Assembly (NCBI GenBank): GCA_963712215.1
Contig: CAVQHA010000003.1
Location: forward strand, 62,675 to 126,674
DNA: 64,000 nucleotides
Direction: 5' to 3'
DNA from: an uncultured Methanomicrobiales archaeon
Lineage (GTDB): Archaea > Halobacteriota > Methanomicrobia > Methanomicrobiales > JACTUA01
Shown here piece after piece: positions 41,815 to 52,865 of this stretch; the first letter of the stretch is position 1, and each line of letters starts with the position of its first letter. The position numbers and the translations under genes were made by a program. Below the pieces are notes generated by a model that saw only the letters and a program-made list of their open reading frames with translations, was not told the origin of the DNA and did no database searches.

Positions 41815-43155
41815 CTATCGTGTGAGGATCATCCTCTGGCCGTTCCGGAGGACGTGGAGGTCCTTCTGGAAGGTGTAGCCGCACTCCTCTGCAAACTCGA
41901 CGTAGGCACCGGTCTGTTCGATCCCGCCGTGCGACGGGATGATATGCTGGGGATCCAGGAGCTGGACGAGCTCGTAGTGGTCCTCCCGGTAGGCATGGCC
42001 CGAGACGTGGAGGTCGTCGAAGATCCGTGCACCACGCATCTTCAGCCGCGTCTCGACCATGTACCGCTGGCCGTAGTTCATGGGGTTCGGGATGACCTTC
42101 GCCGAGAAGAGGACCTTGTCGCCCTTGTCGATCTTATAGGGGGTATCGTCGAGAGCGATCCGGGTGAGGATGGAGCCCGGCTCCCCCTGGTGGCCGGTGA
42201 CGATGGGCACGAACTTCTCCTTGCCCATCTTCATCATCCGGCGCATCGTCCGCTCGACGGTCCGCCGGTTCCCGAACATGGAGAGGGTCTGGGGGAAGGC
42301 GACGAGCTTCATCTGCTCTGCGGTGGAGCTGTACCGTTCCATGGACCTGCCGAGGAGGACGGGTTTCCGCCCTATCTCGTGGGCGCACTCGGCGATGGTC
42401 TTCACCCTCGCGATATGGGAGGAGAAGGTGGAGACGATGATCGCGTTCTTGTCGTCCTCATAGCTCGTCATCGTGTCCCGCACCAGGTCCCGGGCCACCC
42501 GCTCGCTCGGCGTCCTCCCACTCAGGTGGACGTTCGTGGACTCGGCGAAGAGGGCGAGGACCCCCTCCTTCCCGATCTGCCTGAGCCGGCCGAAGTCCGG
42601 GGGTTCGCCGATGATGGGCGTCCGGTCCAGCTTGTAGTCGTTCGAGTACACGATCGCTCCCTGGGGGGTGTGGAGCACGGGCATCACCGTCTCGATGATG
42701 GAGTGCTGCATCCGGATGAACTCCAGGGTCAGCGTGGGCGATATGGTGTACTTCTGCCCTGCCCGGAGGACGAAGAGCTTGTTATTCACCCCGAACTTCT
42801 GTTCACCGGCGATCTGCTGCCGGATCAGCTCGATGGTGTAGGACGTGCCTATGATCGGCGCATTGTACCGGTGGGCGAGCTTCGTTATCGCGCCGATATG
42901 GTCCAGGTGCCCGTGGCTGCAGACGATGGCCCGCACCGTCCCTTCCACGGTATTCATCAGTGTGTCGTCCGGGATGGCCTTCATCTGGATGAGATCCAGC
43001 GAATGCATGTTCTCGATCTCGGCATCCTCGTGGATCATCACCTGGTCGAGGCGAAGCCCCATGTCGAATACCACGATCTCCTTTCCGCAGCGGACGGCGG
43101 TCATGTTCCGGCCGACCTCGTCGTAGCCGCCCACCGCTATAACTTCAATCTCCAT
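41815..43155 (-). CDS. rnj: RNase J family beta-CASP ribonuclease
   Basis: GGYDEVGRNMT, SHGHLDHIG, TGHQGEP, HVSGH. Confidence 0.95.
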   Translation of the reverse strand: MEIEVIAVGGYDEVGRNMTAVRCGKEIVVFDMGLRLDQVMIHEDAEIENMHSLDLIQMKAIPDDTLMNTVEGTVRAIVCSHGHLDHIGAITKLAHRYNAPIIGTSYTIELIRQQIAGEQKFGVNNKLFVLRAGQKYTISPTLTLEFIRMQHSIIETVMPVLHTPQGAIVYSNDYKLDRTPIIGEPPDFGRLRQIGKEGVLALFAESTNVHLSGRTPSERVARDLVRDTMTSYEDDKNAIIVSTFSSHIARVKTIAECAHEIGRKPVLLGRSMERYSSTAEQMKLVAFPQTLSMFGNRRTVERTMRRMMKMGKEKFVPIVTGHQGEPGSILTRIALDDTPYKIDKGDKVLFSAKVIPNPMNYGQRYMVETRLKMRGARIFDDLHVSGHAYREDHYELVQLLDPQHIIPSHGGIEQTGAYVEFAEECGYTFQKDLHVLRNGQRMILTR

Positions 43156-44212
43156 ATGGTTTCTCCTGTGTCTTCTTGGTCATCTGCCGGGTCGTCCCGG
43201 TGATGAATGTACGAACGTTTCTCATTGTCTTCACGGTCCTGGCACCCGAGAGGAACATGGCGACCGCCAGCTCCTTCGTGAACCCTTCTATGACGCCTGA
43301 TACTGCCTCTTCGGACGCAATCGCCGGGGCAAGGAGCGGGAGCGCCATCCCGCAGAGGTCTGCCCCCAGTGCAAGGGCCTTTGCCATGTCGAGGCCGCTC
43401 CTGACGCCCCCTGTGGCGATGACCGGCCCTGTCCCCGCCACCTCCCTCAGGCTCACCACGGTGGGGATGCCCCAGTCCGCGAACCGGCTCCCCATCCGGG
43501 CCTGCGGGCTCTCGGGCGAGCGGATGCACTCGACCCGCGCCCAGGAGGTCCCGCCGAGTCCTCCGATATCGATGGCCGATACGCCCGCGGCCCAGAGGAG
43601 CCCCGCCATCTCCCGGGAGATCCCGGCGCCCGTCTCCTTCACGATGACCGGGACCGGGAAGTTCCTGCAGAGGGTGCGGAGTGCGTCCAGGCACCCACGG
43701 GCGTCGTGGTCGCCCTCGGGCATGAGCGCCTCCTGGAGGAAGTTCGCGTGGATGCAGATCGCCTGGGCGTCGATCATCTCCACCGCCCGCTCGGCCCACT
43801 CGACCCCATGGTCCCTGAGCTGCACCACCCCGAGGTTCGCGCAGATGAAGGCACGGGGCGCCGCCTCCCGTACGACGGTGAAGGTGTCCTCGAGGTCCGG
43901 GTCCTCGAGGGCGGCCCGCTGGGACCCGACCCCCATCCCGATCCCGTGCTTCTCGGCGGCTGCCGCAAGGTTCCGGTTGATGGGAAGTGCGTCGCGGTGG
44001 CCACCGGTCATCGCCGCGATGAAGAGCGGCGAGGCGAACCGGTGGTTCAGGAACCTGACCTCTGTGTCAATCTCGCCGAGGGAGCACTCGGGGAACGCGG
44101 CATGGACGAGCCGGACATCGGAGAACCCCGAGAAGCCTGCCTCCACCTGCTTCTCCACGCAGATCTTCAGGTGGTCCTGCTTCCGTGTCGATGTGATGAT
44201 CTCTTCTGGCAC
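43145..44212 (-). CDS. fni: type 2 isopentenyl-diphosphate isomerase
   Basis: RKQDH, AMTGG, GVGSQRA, VKETGAG, GGTSW, ATGGVR. Confidence 0.95.
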   Translation of the reverse strand: MPEEIITSTRKQDHLKICVEKQVEAGFSGFSDVRLVHAAFPECSLGEIDTEVRFLNHRFASPLFIAAMTGGHRDALPINRNLAAAAEKHGIGMGVGSQRAALEDPDLEDTFTVVREAAPRAFICANLGVVQLRDHGVEWAERAVEMIDAQAICIHANFLQEALMPEGDHDARGCLDALRTLCRNFPVPVIVKETGAGISREMAGLLWAAGVSAIDIGGLGGTSWARVECIRSPESPQARMGSRFADWGIPTVVSLREVAGTGPVIATGGVRSGLDMAKALALGADLCGMALPLLAPAIASEEAVSGVIEGFTKELAVAMFLSGARTVKTMRNVRTFITGTTRQMTKKTQEKPYGD

Positions 44213-44213
44213 C

Positions 44214-44969
44214 TTACATCCCTCCTTCCACCGTGGTTCCCCCGTGGGGGCGGCCGTCCAGGAAGTCCCCGATCCGCGAAGCATGGAAGATGGAGGAGCC
44301 GATCCCCGCATCCGCGAGGGCCAGGAGCTCCTCGAACTTCCCCTCCATCCCGCCGGTCACGTCGGTGTTCCGGGAACCTCCCGCGAGCCCCTTCCCTTCG
44401 CCGCGCCGGATCCTCCCAACCACGGCGCCGTCCCCGCCGAGCACTCCCGGGACGTCGGTGGCGAGCCCGACCCTGTCGGGGGAGAGGGCCCGGGCGAGGC
44501 TCGAGACGAGCTGGTCGCCCGACACGATCGAGGCCCCCGGACGGTGTCCATCACGACGTCGCCATGGAGCACGGGGGTCAGGCCCAGGGAGAGCATGAGG
44601 CCGACCGGCCGCCAGTCCGGGTGCTGGAGCCTCCCCGCGGCCGCCACGCAGTGGCCGAGGGGATGGATACCCGACGGCCTCCCTGCCGGCCCGCCGGAGT
44701 GCATCGACGACGGTCCTGTTCAGGTCCGCGACGGCATGGTGGGTCTCGGGGATGCCTGCGAGGTCGCCGGGCGGGACCCCCTGGTCCAGCCGGTGACGGT
44801 GCGCCTGGGGGTGGCCGCACGATCCCGCCCCGTGGACGAGGACGACCTGGACCCCGGGGCGGCGGGCGATCTCCCCGGCGCACTCGGCGATCCTGTCGTT
44901 CCGGACGGCGCAGTCGCCGGCCTTGTCGGTGACGACGCTCCCTCCCAGCTTGAGGATAACTCTAGGCAT
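44214..44969 (-). CDS. ipk: isopentenyl phosphate kinase (internal compensating frameshifts)
   Basis: LKLGGSVVTDK, VHGAGSCGH, PVLHGDVV (alternate frame), IVSGD, DVTGGM. Confidence 0.92.
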   Translation of the reverse strand: MPRVILKLGGSVVTDKAGDCAVRNDRIAECAGEIARRPGVQVVLVHGAGSCGHPQAHRHRLDQGVPPGDLAGIPETHHAVADLNRTVVDALRRAGREAVGYPSPRPLRGGRGEAPAPGLAAGRPHALPGPDPRAPWRRRDGHRPGASIVSGDQLVSSLARALSPDRVGLATDVPGVLGGDGAVVGRIRRGEGKGLAGGSRNTDVTGGMEGKFEELLALADAGIGSSIFHASRIGDFLDGRPHGGTTVEGGM

Positions 44970-45831
44970 CCTTCTCCTTCCTTGCCCCTTCTGTATCGAG
45001 GGTGGTCATGATGGCCTGGGCATCGCACGACCTGATGGCCCCGGCGACGCTCCCCTTCGCCCGCGACGGGGCGAGGGCGATCATGCACCCGCCCCCGCCG
45101 GCACCCGTGATCTTCGCCCCGAACGCCCCCGCGGCCCGTGCGGCGAGCACGAGACGGGTGAGGGCAGGGTGGCCCACCCCGAGGGCGTCGAGGAGGGCGT
45201 GGTTCGTGTTCATGAGCATCCCGAGGACCCTCGGGTCATGGAGCTGGAGGAGGGCCTCCTGGGTGACGGCCCCGATCGAGTCGAGGATGGGGTTCACGAT
45301 GCCCGGGTGGCGTTCCCGCTCCCGGCCCACCTTCTCGACCATCTGGGAGGTGTTGTGGGAGACCCTGCTGTTCCCCACCACGAGGGGGAGGTTCATGGGG
45401 GGGAGCCTCTTCTTCTCGGTGCCCCGGATGAGGACGACCCCCCCGAAGGAGGAGACGAAGGTGTCGGTCGCGGAGGCGCGCCCCTTCTGGACCTTCCTCT
45501 CGATCTCGTACCCCTTCTGGGCGACCTCCTCCCTGGTGAGGCCCTTCCCGAACTCGTCATTGATCGCGGCGAGGGTGGCGACGGTCACCGCCGCCGAGGA
45601 GCCGAGGCCGCTCGACGAGGGGAGCTGGGACCGGACATAGACCGTGGCCCGGACATCCATCGCCCCCAGGCACTCGTTGATGTAGGGGGACTTCACCCGG
45701 CCCGGACTCCGCTTCTTCCTCACCGTGACGGAGACGCGGTGCTGGATGGCCATGGCAAGGCCCGGCCGGCCATAGACCACCGCATGCTCCCCGAAGAGGA
45801 AGACCTTCCCGGGCGCGGACCAGGTAGCCAC
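44962..45831 (-). CDS. mvk: mevalonate kinase
   Basis: APGKVFLFGEHAVVYG, SGLGSSAA, KITGAGGGG. Confidence 0.96.
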   Translation of the reverse strand: MATWSAPGKVFLFGEHAVVYGRPGLAMAIQHRVSVTVRKKRSPGRVKSPYINECLGAMDVRATVYVRSQLPSSSGLGSSAAVTVATLAAINDEFGKGLTREEVAQKGYEIERKVQKGRASATDTFVSSFGGVVLIRGTEKKRLPPMNLPLVVGNSRVSHNTSQMVEKVGRERERHPGIVNPILDSIGAVTQEALLQLHDPRVLGMLMNTNHALLDALGVGHPALTRLVLAARAAGAFGAKITGAGGGGCMIALAPSRAKGSVAGAIRSCDAQAIMTTLDTEGARKEKDA

Positions 45832-45832
45832 C

Positions 45833-46621
45833 CTACATCACCGCGATGGCGGCATAACCCACCACTTCCTCGAGGTCGCCCGTGACATCGCCGCTCGTCC
45901 GGTAGGTGAGGAGCTCTCCCCGTCGAGGCCCCCATCTCCCTCCCCGCGAGGCAGAGGGTCGCGATGGGGCCGTACCCGCAGGCAGAGACACCCCGTTCCC
46001 CGACCCGCCGGTAGAACTCGCCTGTGTCCAGGTCCTTCAGGGCCTCGATGGCATAGAGGTCATTGCTCCGTGCGACCCCTTCGGGGACGTAATGGGAGAA
46101 GTCGCTCGAGGCCACGATACGGATCTCCCGACCTGTCTTCTTCCGGGCCTTCCCAATCTTACCGGCGAGATCGGCTGCTGACTGGGGGCTCTGGTCACCC
46201 ATCATGACCGGTGCCACCCGTGCGCGGGGGAACCGGTACCTGATGAAGGGCATCTGGACCTCGAGGGAATGCTCGCCCTGGTGCGAGAACTCGTCCACCT
46301 CGATCCCGAGCTCCTCCACGAACGCGGTGTCCACGTCTACGATCCCCACGGGGGTCTCCCAGGGGATGGCCGAGGCGCAGGTCAGGTAGCCCCGGTGGCT
46401 CGGGCCGACGACCACGAATGTCCCCGAGAACTCCGGATCCATGGTGGAGAACGCCTCCCCGGCGACCGCTCCCGAGTAGGGGTACCCTGCATGGGGCGAG
46501 ACGATCCCCTTACCCCCTTGAGAGCCGGGCGGGCGTTCAGGTATCCTGCGACGAGCTGCTCCAGGTGGTGCGGGTCCCGTGGGTAGAACATGCCTGCGAC
46601 GCTGCAGGTGCGGACCTTCAT
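45833..46621 (-). CDS. MEMO1-family protein (frameshifted)
   Basis: VAGMFYP, GPSH, EHSLEVQMPF, ASSDFSHY, CGYGP, VGYAAI. Confidence 0.9.
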
Positions 46622-46645
46622 CCCTGTCACCTTCCCGGGGAAGGG

Positions 46646-47257
46646 TTAAATCTCTGTCTCAAAGTCCTCGAGGGTGAGGTTCGTCGCCACGCCCCTGAGG
46701 CGGAGCATCTCCTTTGTCAGGAGATAGTAGATCAGGGAGAGGGCCTTCCTCCCCTTGTTGTTCGTGGGGATGACGAGGTCGATGTAGCCCGTCATGTTGT
46801 TCGTGTCGCAGAGGGCGACGACGGGGATCCCCGACTGGACCGCCTCGGTAACGACCTGTGCGTCGCCGATGGGGTCGGTCACCATGACCACGTCAGGCTC
46901 CAGGTACCCCGGGATGACCTGGTTCGTGAGCATGCCCGGGATGAACCTGCCGGTCACGGACATGGCCCCGATGGACTCGGCGAAGCGCTTTGCCGGGTAC
47001 TGGCCGTACTGCCGGGAGGTGACGATCAGCACCTTCGGCGGGTCGAACTGGGCCAGGAACTTGGCCGCGGTCTTGATCCTCTCGTCGGTCGCCCGGATGT
47101 CCAGGATGTAGAGCCCGTCCCCCCGGACCCGGTAGATGTACCGCTTCATGTCCTTGGACTTCTGCTGGGTCCCGATATGGACGCCCGCGGCGAGGTACTC
47201 CTCGACGGGTGCCAGGGGCTCTTTTAATTCTATCTCCATCTCGTTCGCATTCGTCAT
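46646..47257 (-). CDS. rps2: 30S ribosomal protein S2
   Basis: [32 protein letters not shown]. Confidence 0.97.
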   Translation of the reverse strand: MTNANEMEIELKEPLAPVEEYLAAGVHIGTQQKSKDMKRYIYRVRGDGLYILDIRATDERIKTAAKFLAQFDPPKVLIVTSRQYGQYPAKRFAESIGAMSVTGRFIPGMLTNQVIPGYLEPDVVMVTDPIGDAQVVTEAVQSGIPVVALCDTNNMTGYIDLVIPTNNKGRKALSLIYYLLTKEMLRLRGVATNLTLEDFETEI

Positions 47258-48442
47258 AGTATCTCCTCGATCCGTATCAGTTCGTTCAGTTTCGCGGTCC
47301 TCTCGCCCCCGACCACGCCGCACTTCAGGAAGATGCACCCGAACGCGGTGGCGAGGTGGGCGATGGTATCGTCGGTGGTCTCGCCGCTCCGGTGGCTCAT
47401 GACCGTCTCCATGCCATGCCGGTGGGCGAGCTTGACCGCCTCGAAGGTCTCGGTGAGCGTCCCGACCTGGTTGGGCTTGATGAGGACGCAGTCCGCCGAC
47501 CCCGTCTCGATCCCGGTCAGGATCCGCTCCGTGGACGTGACGAAGAGGTCGTCGCCGCAGACGAGGCAGCGGTCGTTCACCTGCCGGGTCAGCTCGGCGA
47601 AGCCCGCGAAGTCGTCCTCGTGGAGCGGGTCCTCGACATAGACGAGGCTGTAGGCGTCGATGAGCTCGGCCATGTAGGCGATCTGCTCCTCGGTGGTCCT
47701 CTCGGCCTCGCGGTACCGGTACTTCCCGTCGGTGAAGAGCTGGCTCGCCGCGACATCGATCCCCATGTTGATGGAGATCTTCAGGTCGTCGGAGACCAGG
47801 TCCACCGCCTCGCGGACCACGTCGAACGCGGCCCGGTCATCGATTCTGGGGTGCCCAGGCACCCTCGTCGCCCTTCCCGCAGGTGACCCCCCTCGCGGTC
47901 AGGTTCTCCTTCACCCGCCGGTGGACGGCCGCGTTCGCGAAGACCGCCTCGCCCGCGTCGGCCGCGCCGGTCGGGACGACGAGGAACTCCTGGATCTCGG
48001 TCGCGCCCGGGGCATGCGCCCCGCCCCCGATGACATTCCCCAGCGGGAGCGGGGTCCCGGTCACGAAGATCCCGCCCAGGTACCGGAAGAGGTCGAGCCC
48101 CATCGCCGAGGCCGCCGCCTTCGCGTTCGCGAGGGAGAGGGAGACCGCGACATTCGCCCCGATGGACGAGAAGTCCGGTGTCCCGTCCATCTCCCGCAGC
48201 AGCTCGTCAAAGCCGATCTGGTCGGCCGCGTCTTCGCCGGTGAGGGCGGGGATGAGCCTTGTCGCCGCATCCTCCACCGCCTCCCGGGCCGGCCTCGTCT
48301 TCGCCTCGTAGGCGCCTGTCGAGGCCCCGCTCGGGGCCGCCGCCCGGCCGAAGCCGTTCTCGGTCCAGACCTCGGCCTCCACCGTGGGGTTCCCCCGTGA
48401 GTCCAGGATGGTCCTCATCCTGATCAGCTCGATGGCGGTCAT
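47254..48442 (-). CDS. eno: enolase (frameshift near 47850)
   Basis: [36 protein letters not shown]. Confidence 0.95.
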
Positions 48443-48445
48443 CGG

Positions 48446-48625
48446 TCAGATTCCTACCTTGCGCTTCACGGTGATCGGAATCACCTCGGAGGCGAACTCC
48501 TCCAGCGCGATCTCGAGGGGATCGATCCGCTCGCTCTTCACGAGTACCGGTGCCCCCATCGAGATCTGGAGCGCCCGCGCCCCGATGATCCTCGCTCGTT
48601 CATACCTTGTATAGATCTCCATCAT
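48446..48625 (-). CDS. rpoK: RNA polymerase subunit K (Rpo6); below ORF-track cutoff
   Basis: Manual translation [29 protein letters not shown]...IPITVKR. Confidence 0.95.
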   Translation of the reverse strand: MMEIYTRYERARIIGARALQISMGAPVLVKSERIDPLEIALEEFASEVIPITVKRKVGI

Positions 48626-48655
48626 CCCTCCCCTTCGCTCGAAGATTACACTGGA

Positions 48656-48729
48656 TGGGGTCGCTGAGATTTGAACTCAGGTCACGGCATCCCGAACGCC
48701 GCAGGATGGCCAGGCTACCCCACGACCCC
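48656..48729 (-). tRNA. tRNA-Pro(CGG)
   Basis: Acceptor GGGGTCG/CGACCCC, anticodon loop ttCGGga, T-arm GTTCAAATC. Confidence 0.95.
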
Positions 48730-48918
48730 TCACTGGTACGGATTGAGATCGTCGATGATCTCCTTGTGGGAGAGGATCATCCTTCTGCAGCAGTAGCGCT
48801 CGACACCGAGCTCGGTGAGGACCTTTGCAGGGTCCTCGCCGGCATCCCGCCGCCTCTTGAACTCCTCCCAGACCGTGGATATCACCTTTCCACAGGTAAA
48901 ACATCGCACGGGAATCAT
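48730..48918 (-). CDS. rpoN: RNA polymerase subunit N (Rpo10)
   Basis: [11 protein letters not shown]...RYCCRRM. Confidence 0.97.
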   Translation of the reverse strand: MIPVRCFTCGKVISTVWEEFKRRRDAGEDPAKVLTELGVERYCCRRMILSHKEIIDDLNPYQ

Positions 48919-48949
48919 GCCGATCGGCCTCTCATTAGTTCTTTGCCCC

Positions 48950-49360
48950 CTATCGATAAGACTTTTGGAACTTCTTCCTTGCCCCGCGGCCGTGCGGTTT
49001 CTTGCTCTCCTTCTGCCGCGAGTCGTTCACAAGGAGCGTCCGGTCGTACCCGAGGTAGAGATCCTTGACCTTCGGGTCATTGTGCCAGAGGAGGATCCCC
49101 CGGGCGAGGGCCGTCCGTACCGCCTCGGCCTGGCCCGTGACCCCTCCCCCGTTCACCTCGATGGTCGCATCGACGCCCTCCATCGCCTTCGGGAGGAGGG
49201 TGAGGGGCTCGGAGATCTTCATCCGGGCCAGCTCGGTCCCGTAGATCTCAAGGGGGATCGAGTTGATCCGGATCCTCCCCTTCCCCGCCTTGAAGGTGGC
49301 CCTCGCCACCGCGGTCTTTCTCTTGCCGCTCGTGTTGATGATCTTTACCACTGCGTTCAC
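48950..49360 (-). CDS. rps9: 30S ribosomal protein S9
   Basis: [31 protein letters not shown]. Confidence 0.97.
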   Translation of the reverse strand: MNAVVKIINTSGKRKTAVARATFKAGKGRIRINSIPLEIYGTELARMKISEPLTLLPKAMEGVDATIEVNGGGVTGQAEAVRTALARGILLWHNDPKVKDLYLGYDRTLLVNDSRQKESKKPHGRGARKKFQKSYR

Positions 49361-49785
49361 CTCTCGAAGGATGACCCGAGGAACTTCGAGACCGCCCCGA
49401 GGGTCACGTACTGGGGGTTGGAGAGTCGCTTCATCGAGGCCGCCTCGATGGTCTCCATCTCTTTTCCCACGAATCCTTTCGGGATCCCGACGTACACTTT
49501 CACCCGCGCCAGGGCATCGTGCCCCCGTTCCCGCCGGTAGGGGACCATCCCCCGGATGGTCCGCTTCACGATATGGTCCGGGCGCCTGGGGAAGAACGGC
49601 CCCCAGCCCCGTGAGCCGCGTTCCCGCTTGTGCCGGTAGTTCTGTAAGACCCGGGCCCGCGTCCCCGAGATGATGGCCTTCTCTGCGTTCACGACCGCGA
49701 TCTCCTCGCCCGCGAGGAGGCGGGTCGCGAGGATGGACGCCATCCTCCCGAGGATCATCCCGTCTGCGTTGATGATGGTTACCAT
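49357..49785 (-). CDS. rpl13: 50S ribosomal protein L13
   Basis: [27 protein letters not shown]. Confidence 0.97.
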   Translation of the reverse strand: MVTIINADGMILGRMASILATRLLAGEEIAVVNAEKAIISGTRARVLQNYRHKRERGSRGWGPFFPRRPDHIVKRTIRGMVPYRRERGHDALARVKVYVGIPKGFVGKEMETIEAASMKRLSNPQYVTLGAVSKFLGSSFER

Positions 49786-49790
49786 GGCAC

Positions 49791-50156
49791 TCACCTGAGG
49801 ATCCTCACGCCGTTCCCCTTGGGGTTCTTCTTCAGGAGCTCCTCGATGGTGAGGCAGGTCCCCTTGGCCTTCTCGATCTTCTCGGACGCCGACGAAGAGA
49901 AGTTGAGGGCCGCGACGACCACGGGCTCGGTGAGGGCACCCGTCCCGAGGACCTTCCCCGGGACGATGAACGTCTCACCGCCGCTCGCGTAACGGCTGAT
50001 CTTGCTGATGTTCACCTCGGCGTAATTCCTGCTCGGGGCCTCCAGCCGGTCGGCGATGTCGCGCCAGATGCCCACCTCGTTCTTCCTCGAGGTCTCCTTC
50101 AGGCGCGTGATGAGGGTGAGGAGGCGCGGGTTGGTCTTCCCGATCTGTTTTGTCAT
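49791..50156 (-). CDS. rpl18e: 50S ribosomal protein L18e
   Basis: [22 protein letters not shown]. Confidence 0.96.
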   Translation of the reverse strand: MTKQIGKTNPRLLTLITRLKETSRKNEVGIWRDIADRLEAPSRNYAEVNISKISRYASGGETFIVPGKVLGTGALTEPVVVAALNFSSSASEKIEKAKGTCLTIEELLKKNPKGNGVRILR

Positions 50157-50983
50157 GGTGTCTCCCTCCCGGAGACGTCGGAGAGGATGGTCTCCAGGTC
50201 GGCTGCTTTCTTCCTGATGTTCTGGACGGCGGTCGAGAGGATCGTGATCACGGGGAGGGCCCCGTCCCCCTCGACGGTGAAGATGAACCTCGCCGGGTCG
50301 GTGTTCACCCGGATGGAGGACTCCGCCCCGATAGACGCCGAGAGGCATGCCCGCTCGCAGAGCTTGCAGAGGGAGCAGTCCTCGAGTTTGCCCTCCACGA
50401 CCTTTGCCTTCCCGTCCTCTGCGGCGAGGACCCCGCGCGGGCAGTCGTCCACGCACATCCCGCAGCCGTCACACTGCTCGTCGATGACGATGACCGGGTA
50501 GTTCTTGTACCCGCAGGCAGTGGTCGCCTGCCACTTGGCATGGTCCTTTCCCGTGGAGAGGTGCGCCTTCGCCTCGACGACCACCTTCTGGTCCTCGGTC
50601 AGTTTCACGATGGGGATGTTCTCATGGACCGGCGCAGAGGTCGAGTCCTGGGGGATGAGGTCGTTCGAGTAGACCGTGCGCGGCCCCTCCACCGAGAGGG
50701 TGTAGGTTGCCGTGCAGGTCGGGCACCCGGCCCCTTCACAGGAGCACTGGTCCTTCGGGACATGGGTGGAGAGATTGGTCCGGAGCGGGATGAGCCCCAG
50801 CCGGTGGACGAGCATCTCGTCGAAGAGGACGCTCGTGTTGTCATAGATCCTGACGTCCTCGATGGCGAGGGTCGGGACACCGGATATCATCTCCCTTCTT
50901 ATGCTGTTTGCAAACGCAGGCCAGGAGCCGGCGATGGTGAACCGGGCCAGGTTGTCCGTGACCCTGCCGAAGCTGATCTCCAT
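50153..50983 (-). CDS. rpoD: RNA polymerase subunit D (Rpo3) with ferredoxin-like domain
   Basis: [38 protein letters not shown] / CSLCKLC. Confidence 0.96.
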   Translation of the reverse strand: MEISFGRVTDNLARFTIAGSWPAFANSIRREMISGVPTLAIEDVRIYDNTSVLFDEMLVHRLGLIPLRTNLSTHVPKDQCSCEGAGCPTCTATYTLSVEGPRTVYSNDLIPQDSTSAPVHENIPIVKLTEDQKVVVEAKAHLSTGKDHAKWQATTACGYKNYPVIVIDEQCDGCGMCVDDCPRGVLAAEDGKAKVVEGKLEDCSLCKLCERACLSASIGAESSIRVNTDPARFIFTVEGDGALPVITILSTAVQNIRKKAADLETILSDVSGRETP

Positions 50984-51379
50984 CAGACTCTCCTTCCCCG
51001 CCGGCCGCCCTTCGGCCGGCGAGCTGTCATGGGGCACGGGGGTGACATCCTCGATCCTTCCGATCCTCATCCCCGCACGGGCAAGCGCCCGGATGGCAGC
51101 CTGGGCGCCCGGCCCGGGGCTCCGCTGCTTCCCTCTCCCGGGGGCGCGGACCTTCACATGGACCCCGACGATCCCCTTCTCCATCGCGGCTACCGCGACG
51201 TTCCCAGCCATCTGCATGGCCGCGTAGGGCGAGGACTCGTTCCGGTCCTGCTTCACGACCATCCCGCCGCTTGACTTGGTCACCGTCTCGGCGCCGGTCA
51301 GGTCGGTGATGGTGATGATCGTGTTGTTGAAGGACGCAAAGATATGGGCGATCCCCCACTTCTCCTTCTCTCCTGCCAT
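50983..51379 (-). CDS. rps11: 30S ribosomal protein S11 (frameshift near 51020)
   Basis: [29 protein letters not shown]; repaired tail [11 protein letters not shown]-stop. Confidence 0.96.
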
Positions 51380-51381
51380 GG

Positions 51382-51927
51382 TTACCGACCTACCTTGCTG
51401 ATACGGGCCCGCTCAGGGTGGACCTCGTTTGCTATGGGCGAGTGGACCGCATAGCTGACCTGGCTCTCCTCGTTCCGGTTCACATGGTAACCGGGGATGG
51501 TGACCTTCCTCGTCCCGATCATGATATGTCCGTGGGTGATGAACTGCCGGGCCTGCTTCGGGGAACGGGCGAGCCCCTTCCGGTAGACGATGGTCTGGAG
51601 GCGCCGCTCCAGCTGCTGCTCCACCTTGAGGGTGAGGACGCTCTCGATATTGGCGTCTGCCCCGAGGAACCCCATCCGCTCCAGGTGCTCGAGCATCTGC
51701 CTCTTCTTGGTCTCGACGGCCTTCGGGTCGACCCCTGCCGAGGTCATGGCCGTGATGTCCCGTGCGGCGCGGCGGAACCGGCGGAGGACCATCTGTGCCT
51801 TCCAGATCTCCCGCTTGTTCCGGAGGCCGAAGTTGATGAGGAGCCGGACCTCGTCGGCCTGGCGCCCCTTCTCGAACTTGCGGGTCGGTTTCTCGTACTG
51901 CTTATGGTTCTTTCCCGGGTATCCCAT
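51382..51927 (-). CDS. rps4: 30S ribosomal protein S4
   Basis: [27 protein letters not shown]. Confidence 0.97.
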   Translation of the reverse strand: MGYPGKNHKQYEKPTRKFEKGRQADEVRLLINFGLRNKREIWKAQMVLRRFRRAARDITAMTSAGVDPKAVETKKRQMLEHLERMGFLGADANIESVLTLKVEQQLERRLQTIVYRKGLARSPKQARQFITHGHIMIGTRKVTIPGYHVNRNEESQVSYAVHSPIANEVHPERARISKVGR

Positions 51928-51937
51928 GCTTCACCCC

Positions 51938-52502
51938 TCACTCCTTCTTCCGTCTCACGCCGACGGTTGTTCCGGTCCTGCCCGTGGACTTGGTCCGCTG
52001 GCCCCGGACCTTCTGGCCGGTCTCGTGCCGGATGCCCCGGTAGCACCGGATCTTCCGCATCCGGTTCACGTCATCCTCCTTCCCGATGAGGTACATCGGT
52101 GGAGAGGAGATGCTTTCCCTCGCCGGTATAGGGGTCGGCGGGCCGGTTGAGCATCCACCTCGGGACCTGGGGCCCATAGTTGTCGACGACCTCGCGGAGC
52201 CGGTCCACGCCTGCATCATCGAGCTTCCCCATGATGGCCAGGGGGTTCACCTTCGCGATCTTCGCGATGGCCCGCGAGGTGATCCTCCCGATCCCCGGGA
52301 TCTTGGTAAGGGCTATCTGGACCGAACGGGTCCCGTCGAGATCCGTGTTCCTGACCCGGACGAAGTACTTGATGTCCTTGTCCACAGCCTTCTCGGGGGC
52401 CCGCTCCTTCCCCTTCTCAGCTCCCTTGTCCGTGCCCTTCTCCGGAGATTTCCCTTTCGCCTTCTCCGGAGCCATTTCCTTTGCCTTTTCCTGGTCTGCC
52501 AT
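51938..52502 (-). CDS. rps13: 30S ribosomal protein S13 with Lys/Glu-rich N-terminal extension (frameshift near 52093)
   Basis: [39 protein letters not shown]. Confidence 0.95.
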
Positions 52503-52530
52503 CCCATCGCCCCTAAGGAGATCCCGCAAG

Positions 52531-52615
52531 CGCTGAGGGAGGGATTTGAACCCTCGAGTCCCAGAGGGACACAGGTTTAGCAAACCTGCGCCATACCTGG
52601 CTTGGCTACCTCAAC
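52531..52615 (-). tRNA. tRNA-Ser(GCT)
   Basis: Acceptor GTTGAGG/CCTCAGC, anticodon arm CAGGT-ttGCTaa-ACCTG, long variable arm GTCCC-tct-GGGAC. Confidence 0.95.
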
Positions 52616-52702
52616 AGAGAATCTCGCATCTTTCGATACTCGCGATGCAAAACCTTGCACCGCTCCACGAACGGCGTATGTAATTGGCGACGTGTTCTCA
52701 TA

Positions 52703-52865
52703 AGGGTTGTGGTGAAGGAGGGTTCATCAGAACCCGACTTTGAGCGACGCAGTCGTGAGTGAGGGAGGTTTCGAGCGGTGAAACCGCGAGAAACCGACCT
52801 GGAGCAACCCGCCGTCAGGCGGGGTGCGACCTGGGAGGTTTCGTCAGAACCCGACCACTTACCCT
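52703..52865. repeat. highly structured palindromic element B
   Basis: Three GGAG-GKTTC..GAAMC-CGAC stems, GCGGT-gaa-ACCGC, CCGCC-gtca-GGCGG, closed by imperfect inverted ends AGGGT-GTGGT / ACCAC-ACCCT. Confidence 0.65.

Noticed and set aside
39135-45011. Long + strand ORFs antisense to gltX, rnj and fni (also similar ORFs elsewhere)
   Set aside because: Shadow ORFs caused by high GC3 codon bias; no recognisable motifs
50153-51379. Rps11-RpoD fusion ORF (408 aa)
   Set aside because: One extra base near 51020 hides the canonical KGGRRGRRV-stop tail; rpoD has its own ATG at 50983
9323-52502. Apparent pseudogenisation or programmed frameshifting of alaS, eno, ipk, rps11, rps13, MEMO1 and others
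   Set aside because: Single-base indels hit essential genes all over the window, often at homopolymers and without other decay; uncorrected long-read error is the simplest explanation
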